A stretch of 45,753 bases of DNA from Halanaerobiaceae bacterium. Its GTDB lineage: Bacteria > Bacillota > Halanaerobiia > Halanaerobiales > Halarsenatibacteraceae. The translations under genes were made by a program, and so were the position numbers. Shown piece after piece: positions 10,030 through 17,654 of this stretch. Position 1 is the stretch's first letter. Every line of letters starts with the position of its first letter. The stretch is taken from NCBI GenBank assembly GCA_003554225.1, contig PWFW01000247.1, positions 1 through 45,753 of the forward strand, written 5' to 3'. Below the pieces are notes generated by a model. It searched no databases. It saw only the letters and a list, made by a program, of their open reading frames with translations, and was not told the DNA's origin.

Positions 10030-10791
10030 TTAATCCTTATTGTTATTTCTCTCCCTGTTGATTACAGCCTGAGGTTTTTTTAGGTATTTTGGTTTGAGCT
10101 CACCTGGTGAAATTACATGATCCTGCTGATAGTATTTATCACCCAGTTCGGCCAGCCTGCCCCCCCGACCCTGGGTCTGGTAATCAGCCAGCAAATCTAC
10201 CCGGTAACCTTTATCAACATTCTCCAGCTCCCCTTTAATTTCTTCCTTAAATTCCTGATAATAGCTGACAACAGCCGGGCCCACAACCAGCAGCCGGGAG
10301 GAACTGGACGAATCAATCTCTGGTCCTGCCAGCATTGCTGGTAGATCCTCCAGGGGCAGAGCCTGATCCTCTGTCACTCGAACATCCAGCGGCAGTGAGC
10401 TGCAGCCTCCCTGAAAAAGAGCGGTATATACCCTGCCCTGTCCGGCATCCAGGACAGGAAGCAGATAGCTGTCAATTGCCAGATAGGGGGCAGCAGCCAG
10501 CTCCAGGCTGGAAAGAGCTGTTATTTTAAAATCGTTAACCAGGGCAAAACTTTTAACCGTGGACAGAGAAATCCGCAGTCCGGTGAAGGAGCCGGGGCCG
10601 ATATCAACCGCTATGACCTCAATATCTCCCAGTTTCAGCCCGCTCTCATCCAGCATCCTCTTCAGCTCGGGAATCAAACGCTCATTATGGCGGTGGCCCA
10701 GGTGAAGATTGTAATCAACCAGCACTCTCTTCCCCGACCAGATTCCCAGAGAAAGATGTCTGGTTGCAGTACTAATGCCCAGTGTCTTCAT
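10030..10791 (-). CDS. tsaB: tRNA t6A biosynthesis protein TsaB (YeaZ)
   Basis: MKTLGISTAT N-terminus, GPGSFTGLRI motif, and a position between tsaE and tsaD. Confidence 0.9.
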   Translation of the reverse strand: MKTLGISTATRHLSLGIWSGKRVLVDYNLHLGHRHNERLIPELKRMLDESGLKLGDIEVIAVDIGPGSFTGLRISLSTVKSFALVNDFKITALSSLELAAAPYLAIDSYLLPVLDAGQGRVYTALFQGGCSSLPLDVRVTEDQALPLEDLPAMLAGPEIDSSSSSRLLVVGPAVVSYYQEFKEEIKGELENVDKGYRVDLLADYQTQGRGGRLAELGDKYYQQDHVISPGELKPKYLKKPQAVINRERNNNKD

Positions 10792-11332
10792 AACCTATCA
10801 ACCCCCTCAACAGCAGACCAGACCTCTCTCCGGCTGCCCTGATTGTTAACCTTCGGGAGAGCTCACCACTTCTCTCAAATTTAATATTCAGATAATCAGC
10901 AGAGCTCCCACGAAAAAGCTTCGGCCATTCCACCATAAGCAGACAGCTCTCTTCCAGCAGATCATATAAACCCAGGTAATCCAGCTCTTCAGCTGAGTTC
11001 AGCCGGTAAAGGTCAGCATGATAAATGGTAAATCCAGCCGCCTGATAATCATTGAGAAAGGTGTAGGTCGGGCTGGTAACCCGGCTGCCGGGGATCAGCT
11101 GGTTGATTGCTCCGCGGACCAGGCAGGTTTTCCCGGAGCCCAGCTCTCCCTCCAGCAGCAGAATAAGCGCTCCAGCTTCTCCTCCAGCACTGCTTCTGCC
11201 ACTCTGCTCCCCCTTTAAAATGGAGGCAGCCCGCAGGCCCAGCTGGCTGCCTATCTCCTCTGTTTCTTCAGGAGATTTACTCTTTAATACTAGCTGATTT
11301 TTAGCCGGATCTCTGCTATCTTCCCAGCTCAT
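10772..11332 (-). CDS. tsaE: tRNA t6A biosynthesis ATPase TsaE (YjeE)
   Basis: P-loop GELGSGKT followed by SPTYT and the HADLYR motif. Its start overlaps the upstream stop as TAATG. Confidence 0.9.
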   Translation of the reverse strand: MSWEDSRDPAKNQLVLKSKSPEETEEIGSQLGLRAASILKGEQSGRSSAGGEAGALILLLEGELGSGKTCLVRGAINQLIPGSRVTSPTYTFLNDYQAAGFTIYHADLYRLNSAEELDYLGLYDLLEESCLLMVEWPKLFRGSSADYLNIKFERSGELSRRLTIRAAGERSGLLLRGLIGYEDTGH

Positions 11333-12483
11333 TAATCTTCCAGCTTCTCTCCGGAAATAAAGACCGCCTCTACCTCGGCTGTGACCTGAAAGGGATCATC
11401 AGAAAAAACAACCAGATCGGCATCTTTGCCCTCCTCCAGGCTGCCAACCCGGTCAGCAATCCCGAGAATCCGGGCAGGATTGATTGTTATCGCTTTGAAA
11501 GCCTCGTCCCGGGGCAGCCCCGCTTTGGCCGCCAGAGCGGCATAGAGGGTTAGATTATGCACCGGAACCACGGGATGATCACTCATGATTGCCACCGTCA
11601 CCCCGGCTTCGGCCAGCACGGCAGCAGTTTTAAAATCTCTCTCCCTCACCTCAACCTTGGAGCGGGTCGTCATGCTGGGACCGACGATTGCCGGAACTCT
11701 GGCTTCAGCCAGCTCTTCGGCAATTTTATGCCCCTCGGTACAGTGCTCAACCGTAAGTTTAAGAGAAAATTCCCGGGCTATTCTCAGAGCAGTCATAATA
11801 TCATCAGCTCTATGGGCATGAGTCTTTAAAGGGAGCTCACCCTGCAGCACTGGAATCAGGGCTTCATATTTCAAATCTCTTTCAAAGGGTTCATCATCCT
11901 TCTTGCTTTTCTTTTTGTTCAGATAATTTTCCGTCTCGACAAAGGTCTTTCTAAGCAGAGCAGCTACTGCCATTCTGGTGCTGGGAGATTGATTCTTCTC
12001 CTTATATACTCGCTTGGGATTTTCTCCAAAGGCAGCCTTGATTCCCACCGGATTCTTAACAATCATCTCATCAACCAGCCTGCCGCCGGTCTTGAGTGCC
12101 AGGCATTCACCGCCGATCACATTGGCGCTGCCCGGACCGGCCATAACAGTGGTTATGCCGTGCTCCCGGGCATCCTTTATACCCTGATCCTCAGGATTAA
12201 TGGCATCAACTGCCCTCAGCTCGGGAGTTATCGGAGAGGTCATCTCATTATAATCGGCACCTTCCCAGCCCAGACCCTCCTCTCCAATTCCTAAATGGGT
12301 ATGGGCATCTATCAATCCGGGAGTAATAATCCTGTCCGAATAGTCATAAACCTCTGCCCGGTCAGGTATTTCAAGATCCCTTCCTATTCCAGTGATCCTG
12401 TCCTGCTCAATCAGCAGCACTGCATCCTCAATGGTGCCCTCCACTCCCATTGTTCTAAGCTCCCCAGCTTTGATGGCAATCAT
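11332..12483 (-). CDS. Metal-dependent amidohydrolase family protein (COG1228-like)
   Basis: GLIDAHTHLG metal-binding motif plus downstream HCTEGH and DHPV motifs. I trimmed the start to the ATG at 12483, behind an AGGAGG RBS. Confidence 0.8.
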   Translation of the reverse strand: MIAIKAGELRTMGVEGTIEDAVLLIEQDRITGIGRDLEIPDRAEVYDYSDRIITPGLIDAHTHLGIGEEGLGWEGADYNEMTSPITPELRAVDAINPEDQGIKDAREHGITTVMAGPGSANVIGGECLALKTGGRLVDEMIVKNPVGIKAAFGENPKRVYKEKNQSPSTRMAVAALLRKTFVETENYLNKKKSKKDDEPFERDLKYEALIPVLQGELPLKTHAHRADDIMTALRIAREFSLKLTVEHCTEGHKIAEELAEARVPAIVGPSMTTRSKVEVRERDFKTAAVLAEAGVTVAIMSDHPVVPVHNLTLYAALAAKAGLPRDEAFKAITINPARILGIADRVGSLEEGKDADLVVFSDDPFQVTAEVEAVFISGEKLED

Positions 12484-12661
12484 GTTATCTCCTCCTAAAG
12501 TAAGATTATGTAAGTTACCTGATAAATCTGAAAAACCAAAAAATAAACCCGAAGTATAAAGGAGCCACTCAATCCCTCTAAAGAGCAATAACTTTAACTT
12601 AAGCTCAAACCTGCTCTGCCCCTGAGTCGGCAGCCCAAATGCTCCAGAGGACAGCGCAACT

Positions 12662-13711
12662 CTAGCTGAAATTAAAACTCGGCCTGAGAAAACCCACTCT
12701 GTTCCCCCTGTGGTTCTTGACTGCTGGTTCTCGATAGCTATCCAGCTTTTTCCTGGAACTGCTGCTCAATACCTCATAATGCTCCAGAATCTTCATAACA
12801 ACCGGAGGAATAGCCCGGCTTCGCCCATCCAGGATTTTAACTGCCAGACCCTTATCAGCAAATCCCAGACAGAAGACTCCCTCTGCTCCCGATTTAGCTA
12901 CTACCTTTTCTTCAGCTCCGTCAATCAGCCTGGAATTAAAACGCCCCCTGCCCCCAACTGCCAGAGGATGGGCCAGCATGGCTTCTCTGATTACCTCTGC
13001 TGGTTCTCTCAGTTCCCCGGGCATTTCCCCCGGATCACTTAAGCGGGCAAAGGCCAGTGCCATATTTTTAAGAGGCAGACCATAAACCACAACACCACAA
13101 CCATCTTCTCCGGTAACTATCTTTCTTTGGGGATAGCCGCTGACTTTGCTGATGCAGGATAAGAGCCTCTGCTGCAGGGGATGAGAAAGCTGAAAGTAAT
13201 CTTCTAATCCCCAGCCCTGCTGCCGGCAGAGAGCCAGCATACCGGCATGTTTGCCGGAGCAGTTATTATAGATCGGTCTGGCCCCCTTACCTGAAGCCAG
13301 CAGTTTCTTGCGAGCTTCTCTGCTATAGGGTAGATGGGTGCCGCACTTAAGATAATCTTGACTTAAGCCAATCTTCTCCAGTATCGACCTGACCAGTCTA
13401 ATATGTAAGTCCTCTCCGCTGTGAGAGGCGGTCATGACAGCCAGTTCTTCCTGATCGAAATCAAACTCAGCCGCAGCACCCGATTCCACCAGAGGCAGGG
13501 CCTGAATTGGCTTGGCCGCTGACCTCCAGTAGGTTATTAACTCCTCCTGGCCCAGAGATTGAACTGTTTCACCTTTGCTGTTAACAATTACCGCTGAACC
13601 GAAATGCTGACTTTCAACCAGCTCTCCCCTGATTACCTCTACCAGCCTGGCCTGCTGCAAATTAATTACCTCCCGGATAATTTTCTTTCCCTCACTGCAG
13701 TTCTTAACCAC
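12662..13711 (-). CDS. Asparaginase II family (Rhizobium AnsA-type) protein
   Basis: RSAAKPIQALP, SHSGE and NCSGKHAGML motifs. The ORF track starts at the GTG at 13711. A TTG at 13660 behind GGGAGG plus 8 nt would give a more typical N-terminus (MQQARLVEVIRGELVESQH). Confidence 0.75.
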   Translation of the reverse strand: MVKNCSEGKKIIREVINLQQARLVEVIRGELVESQHFGSAVIVNSKGETVQSLGQEELITYWRSAAKPIQALPLVESGAAAEFDFDQEELAVMTASHSGEDLHIRLVRSILEKIGLSQDYLKCGTHLPYSREARKKLLASGKGARPIYNNCSGKHAGMLALCRQQGWGLEDYFQLSHPLQQRLLSCISKVSGYPQRKIVTGEDGCGVVVYGLPLKNMALAFARLSDPGEMPGELREPAEVIREAMLAHPLAVGGRGRFNSRLIDGAEEKVVAKSGAEGVFCLGFADKGLAVKILDGRSRAIPPVVMKILEHYEVLSSSSRKKLDSYREPAVKNHRGNRVGFLRPSFNFS

Positions 13712-13784
13712 ATAAAATATTCCTCACTCCTGCCGGAAGTTCTTCCGGATGCCATCTCCATCCTCATTGTCTCTAAACAGACAA

Positions 13785-13810
13785 AAGTTAAAGCCCCCGC
13801 AAGGGGGCCT
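13785..13810 (-). terminator. Intrinsic terminator after mazF
   Basis: GCCCCC-TTGC-GGGGGC hairpin (- strand) followed by TTTAACTTTT. Confidence 0.75.
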
Positions 13811-13841
13811 GCTATGTACTCATTGCCTCATGTGTCCTGGA

Positions 13842-14201
13842 TTAAAAATCTATCAAACCCAGGCTGATTTCAATTGCCCGATTGACCTCTTTTATTATTT
13901 CGGGATCCAGTCTGGTTATATGCCGCTCCAGCCTCTGCTTATCAAGAGTTCTAATCTGTTCCAGCAAAATAACCGAATCTTTATCAAGTTCACTATCACC
14001 GGCCTCTATCTCAACATGGGTCGGCAGTTTGGCCTTTCTAATTCTCGAAGTAATGGCAGCCACTATTACCGTCGGACTGTACCGGTTACCAATATCATTC
14101 TGGATAATAACAACCGGACGGGTGCCCCCCTGCTCCGAACCGACCACAGGATTGAGATCGGCATAAAAAACATCGCCTCGCAAAATCTCCACTGTATTCA
14201 C
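13842..14201 (-). CDS. mazF: MazF/EndoA-type mRNA interferase toxin
   Basis: 119 aa, close to B. subtilis EndoA across its length: [45 protein letters not shown]...[10 protein letters not shown]...[17 protein letters not shown]...ISLGLIDF. Confidence 0.95.
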   Translation of the reverse strand: MNTVEILRGDVFYADLNPVVGSEQGGTRPVVIIQNDIGNRYSPTVIVAAITSRIRKAKLPTHVEIEAGDSELDKDSVILLEQIRTLDKQRLERHITRLDPEIIKEVNRAIEISLGLIDF

Positions 14202-14231
14202 ACTCCACTAACACTAATACCTTTTTTTTAT

Positions 14232-14510
14232 TCAATCACACCCTGCCAGATTATCTTCATAAAATGTAATTGCATGCTGATTGGATAAAAGCCCCTCATC
14301 GGCCAGATCTCTATTTATATCGCTCATCTCCAGATAACCATTTTTCAGCTGCCTTTTCATCTGATCCCTTTTTAAGTGAGCCAGGTAAACTCGAACTGCT
14401 TCCTGAAAAAATTCGCTGTTGCTGGTTGTCTCCCCGGTAGCAAGGTAGCCTTCCACTTCCCTTATTAAATTATCGGGAAGGCTGATCTGCAATCTTTTTC
14501 TGTCCCCCAC
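14232..14510 (-). CDS. mazE: MazE/EndoAI-type RHH antitoxin
   Basis: 92 aa. It shares the B. subtilis YdcD pattern ISLP.NL..E..G...E...AVR.Y...GY.EM..IN, starts with GTG, and lies 30 nt upstream of mazF. Confidence 0.85.
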   Translation of the reverse strand: MGDRKRLQISLPDNLIREVEGYLATGETTSNSEFFQEAVRVYLAHLKRDQMKRQLKNGYLEMSDINRDLADEGLLSNQHAITFYEDNLAGCD

Positions 14511-14524
14511 TTAATACACCCCCG

Positions 14525-14674
14525 CTATTTTTTTTCTGGAATGCCGCCTGAGTTAGAGTCCTCCACCTCTGATTCCTTTTTAATAAACTTCTTATAGCCC
14601 TCAATCATTTCTCGAGCAATTCTTTTACGTTCTTCTTCACTCAAATTCCTCGACCTCTTAAAAAAATCTCTCAT
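14525..14674 (-). CDS. Hypothetical small charged protein (49 aa), not in the supplied ORF track
   Basis: Hand translation gives MRDFFKRSRNLSEEERKRIAREMIEGYKKFIKKESEVEDSNSGGIPEKK. An AAGGAGAAG RBS lies 6 nt before the ATG, and the TAG stop is 14 nt before the mazE GTG. The sORF is directly downstream of a near-consensus promoter. Confidence 0.45.
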   Translation of the reverse strand: MRDFFKRSRNLSEEERKRIAREMIEGYKKFIKKESEVEDSNSGGIPEKK

Positions 14675-14744
14675 TGTATCTTCTCCTTCTTAATTCTGAA
14701 TAAGATATGGTAATGATTAAGGAAAAGAAATCATCTTTTGTTTT

Positions 14745-14773
14745 AGTATATCTTAAGAAAACCTGCCTGTCAA
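14745..14773 (-). promoter_or_regulatory. Strong sigma-A promoter of the sORF-mazE-mazF unit
   Basis: On the - strand: TTGACA, exactly 17 nt, TATACT. The 8-bp perfect palindrome TCTTAAGA sits in the spacer next to the -10. Confidence 0.7.
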
Positions 14774-14878
14774 CCTCAAATCCCTATTATTTCGGGAATC
14801 CTGTCAAATATTTGCAGAGATTTAACTGTTTTTTATAATCTCCAGAGGTTCTCAGAAGAATCTCAGTCAAATTTGGAA

Positions 14879-17029
14879 TTAGATAACCAGGTATTGACCT
14901 CTATCCCTGGTATATTGAATCAAGCTGGAATATAGCTTTTCAGTCTCCAGGGTTTTGCCATCTCCGATCAGAATAAGCTTCTTTTTCGCCCTGGACAGGG
15001 CTGTCAGCAGCAGATCAGCTTTCCTGAGATTACCAAGATAATTCCTGGGATTGCTTCTCACCAGACTTACAATTATAAGATCTCTTTCCAGCCCCTGATA
15101 TCCTTTGACGGTATCAACTAAAACATCTTCAGCAAATCCCATCTCTTTCAAGCAGCGATACTGATCACGACAGAAGGTCATCATCCCAATCTGTCCGGGC
15201 CTTAAGCCGGCTCGTTGTCCACTAAAAACCAGATCAAAGGCCAGATCTGCCTCCACAGGATTATAGAAGGAATCCGATTCTGGATGCTGCTTCTCTCCTG
15301 CCAGCAAATTTCTGGTATCTAGAAAGACCAGCGAATCTTCTCCCAGAATGGCTTTCTCTTCAGGTGTAGAACCCTTTTCAGCTTTCTCCCCCGAAAATAA
15401 TCTTTCATTTTTCTTATGGTTGGCCAGCATTGAGCCACAGCAGTTATTCTCAAAAAAAAGGTGGTTGTTAAGAAGCTCCATGAGATCTCCTGGCAGCCGG
15501 TGCTGAATTCTTAAGGGTTGACAGAAATCCTGACTCTGCTGCTGGATTAGCCGGGTAAAGAGAGTGTTCTCTGATGATTTCCTGCCGGAATCAAAAGCCA
15601 GAACCGCCCTTTTAGCTCTCAGCAGAGCCGGTAGAATTGCTGTTTCTTTAATCCTGTCGGTATCATCAACGATCAGCAGATCAAAGGTTCTGCTCTGCAA
15701 AATCTCAGCAGCAATTTCCCGGGGGGTGGTCAGCACCACCTGAGCTTTATCCAGCAGATCATCTACTGCAGCAGCTTTTTTCTCAGCGATTCTCTCCTGA
15801 AGAACCTCAAGCCTCTCCTGAAAACGAAGCTGAACTTCCCTGCTGTTAAGATTATTTCCAGCAGCTCCACTGCCAGTAGCCAGGCTATCCTTCTCGGCTG
15901 CTAGATCCAGAGCCTGAATTTCCAGGCGGCGGGCTTCCTGAAAATCCTTTTCCTCCAGTACCTGATTGGCCAGTTTAGTATTCCGGTGAAATTCTGAATC
16001 CTCCACCGGATATCCGATCCGGGTTGCCTTAATCCTCGACTCTGACAGTTTTTCAGCTATCAGATCCAGCGCCCTGGAAGATCTGGCTACTGTTAGTACC
16101 TGCTGTTTTTTTCTGACAGATTGTTTAATTATTTCAATAAGTGTTTCTGTCCGGCCGGTGCCCGGCCCTCCATCCAGCAGAAAATAATCCCGGCAGTTGA
16201 GAGCCTTCTGGGCTGCTGATTTCTGCTCCGGGACCAGATCGCTGTTATACCAGTCCTTTATTCGAATCTCCTCTTTGAGCCAGCCTGTCTGGGCCCGACC
16301 CAGCAGCATAACATCTCTCAATCTCCGGGCAGAACCTCTAATTTCCTGACAGTTTTCGACAGCCTGCTCTCTTATCTGATAGATCTCTTCACTGTAATAG
16401 CGGTCAAGGGTAAAACGGCTATCCGTTGAAAAATCAGGGAGCCTGGAATTAAGAGCTGTTAAGAGATAATAGGGGGTCATTTCAATAACCTCAGCTTTTA
16501 CTCTCATCTCGCTCCGGCCTTCCAGATTTATCAGAACCGTATCACCTTCAACAATAAGGCTTTCAGCCAGTTCTCTGCCGGGTTTGGAAGAATAGAGCAT
16601 CAGCATCTCTCGATTATCATAATAACTGCCATTCTTCCTGCCTTTGAGACCGGTTAGAGCCTGTCCCCGCTTTTTCCTGGTATGGCTGTCAAAATGTTCA
16701 AGCAGAAGTCGGTGATTTTCTTTAAGCTTCTCCTGCTCTTCAGAGATTTCCTGCTTCATTTTTTTGAGATACTCTACCAGATCGGGAGCCATAACCCTCC
16801 CGGGATTGGCGGGGGGGACGCTGACATTTACTCCCCCGATCTGATTATCGTCCATCTTTTCAATAACTCTGGCAGCTACCCTCTCAGCCAGCTCCACCTC
16901 GGCTTTATTATTGGTAATATCAATTTTTCCAATATCATCACTGGCTACACCGCATTCATTGATAAAGGCTCCTACAATATCTCCCGGACCTATCTTTTTC
17001 TCAAAACCTGAGATAATTATTTTAATCAT
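14879..17029 (-). CDS. DbpA-RBD plus Upf1/IGHMBP2-like SF1 helicase-like protein with substituted ATPase motifs
   Basis: The N-terminal ~75 aa match the DbpA/YxiN RNA-binding domain pattern. The core aligns with SF1B motifs, but Walker A reads GGPGTGRT and motif II reads DDTDR. Motifs V/VI (TVKGYQGLERDLIIVSLVRSN, LSRAKKKLILIGD) are recognisable. ATG at 17029 with an AGGAGG RBS, 28 nt after the dcd stop. Confidence 0.7.
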   Translation of the reverse strand: MIKIIISGFEKKIGPGDIVGAFINECGVASDDIGKIDITNNKAEVELAERVAARVIEKMDDNQIGGVNVSVPPANPGRVMAPDLVEYLKKMKQEISEEQEKLKENHRLLLEHFDSHTRKKRGQALTGLKGRKNGSYYDNREMLMLYSSKPGRELAESLIVEGDTVLINLEGRSEMRVKAEVIEMTPYYLLTALNSRLPDFSTDSRFTLDRYYSEEIYQIREQAVENCQEIRGSARRLRDVMLLGRAQTGWLKEEIRIKDWYNSDLVPEQKSAAQKALNCRDYFLLDGGPGTGRTETLIEIIKQSVRKKQQVLTVARSSRALDLIAEKLSESRIKATRIGYPVEDSEFHRNTKLANQVLEEKDFQEARRLEIQALDLAAEKDSLATGSGAAGNNLNSREVQLRFQERLEVLQERIAEKKAAAVDDLLDKAQVVLTTPREIAAEILQSRTFDLLIVDDTDRIKETAILPALLRAKRAVLAFDSGRKSSENTLFTRLIQQQSQDFCQPLRIQHRLPGDLMELLNNHLFFENNCCGSMLANHKKNERLFSGEKAEKGSTPEEKAILGEDSLVFLDTRNLLAGEKQHPESDSFYNPVEADLAFDLVFSGQRAGLRPGQIGMMTFCRDQYRCLKEMGFAEDVLVDTVKGYQGLERDLIIVSLVRSNPRNYLGNLRKADLLLTALSRAKKKLILIGDGKTLETEKLYSSLIQYTRDRGQYLVI

Positions 17030-17057
17030 TTGCTGCACCTCCTGCTACAAACTTCAT

Positions 17058-17609
17058 CTATCTGCTTTCTGCTGGTTGATTTTCTTCATCCAGATATACC
17101 CTGCTGCCCACTGCCCGCCGCTGTTTTTGGTATTTGCCGCTGTAGGGGCTGGCTGCCGGGCTGTCCATCCGGGCAAAAACAAGCTGACAGATTCTCCGAC
17201 CGGCAAAGAGTTTTATTGGCAGCCTGTTGGCATTATAAAGTTCCAGGGTAATCTGCCCTTCAAAGCCGGGATCTACCCAGCCGGCGTTCTGAATAAAAAG
17301 TCCCATTCTCCCGATTGAACTCCGCCCCTCGACAAAGGCAGTTAAATCGTCCGGCAGGGCGATATACTCCTCTGTGGCAGCCAGCAGAAAGGAATGAGGA
17401 GGAATAACAATTTCATCCTGCTCCAGTCGCTCATATTCCGGTTTATCCCTCAGTGTCATGTACTCCATTACATTCTCATTAACCTTTAAAAAACTGCTGT
17501 CCAGTCTGAGATCAACGGAAGCCGGCTGGATTTGCCCCGGCTCCAGGGGTTTTATCTGTAATCTGCCTGAATTAACCATTTCCTGCAGTGCTCTATCAGA
17601 TAAAATCAT
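17058..17609 (-). CDS. dcd: dCTP deaminase
   Basis: 183 aa. MILSDRALQEM N-terminus, QPASVDLRL motif, C-terminal YSGKYQKQ. Housekeeping size. Confidence 0.9.
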   Translation of the reverse strand: MILSDRALQEMVNSGRLQIKPLEPGQIQPASVDLRLDSSFLKVNENVMEYMTLRDKPEYERLEQDEIVIPPHSFLLAATEEYIALPDDLTAFVEGRSSIGRMGLFIQNAGWVDPGFEGQITLELYNANRLPIKLFAGRRICQLVFARMDSPAASPYSGKYQKQRRAVGSRVYLDEENQPAESR

Positions 17610-17654
17610 TTCTTCTCTCCTTTATATCCCGATGTATCCCTACCCGACCATCTG

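Noticed and set aside
17058-17609. dcd as a nucleotide-depletion anti-phage dCTP deaminase.
   Set aside because: The protein is 183 aa with only the canonical Dcd fold and no extra kinase-like or sensor domain. It sits in a housekeeping operon, consistent with the metabolic enzyme.
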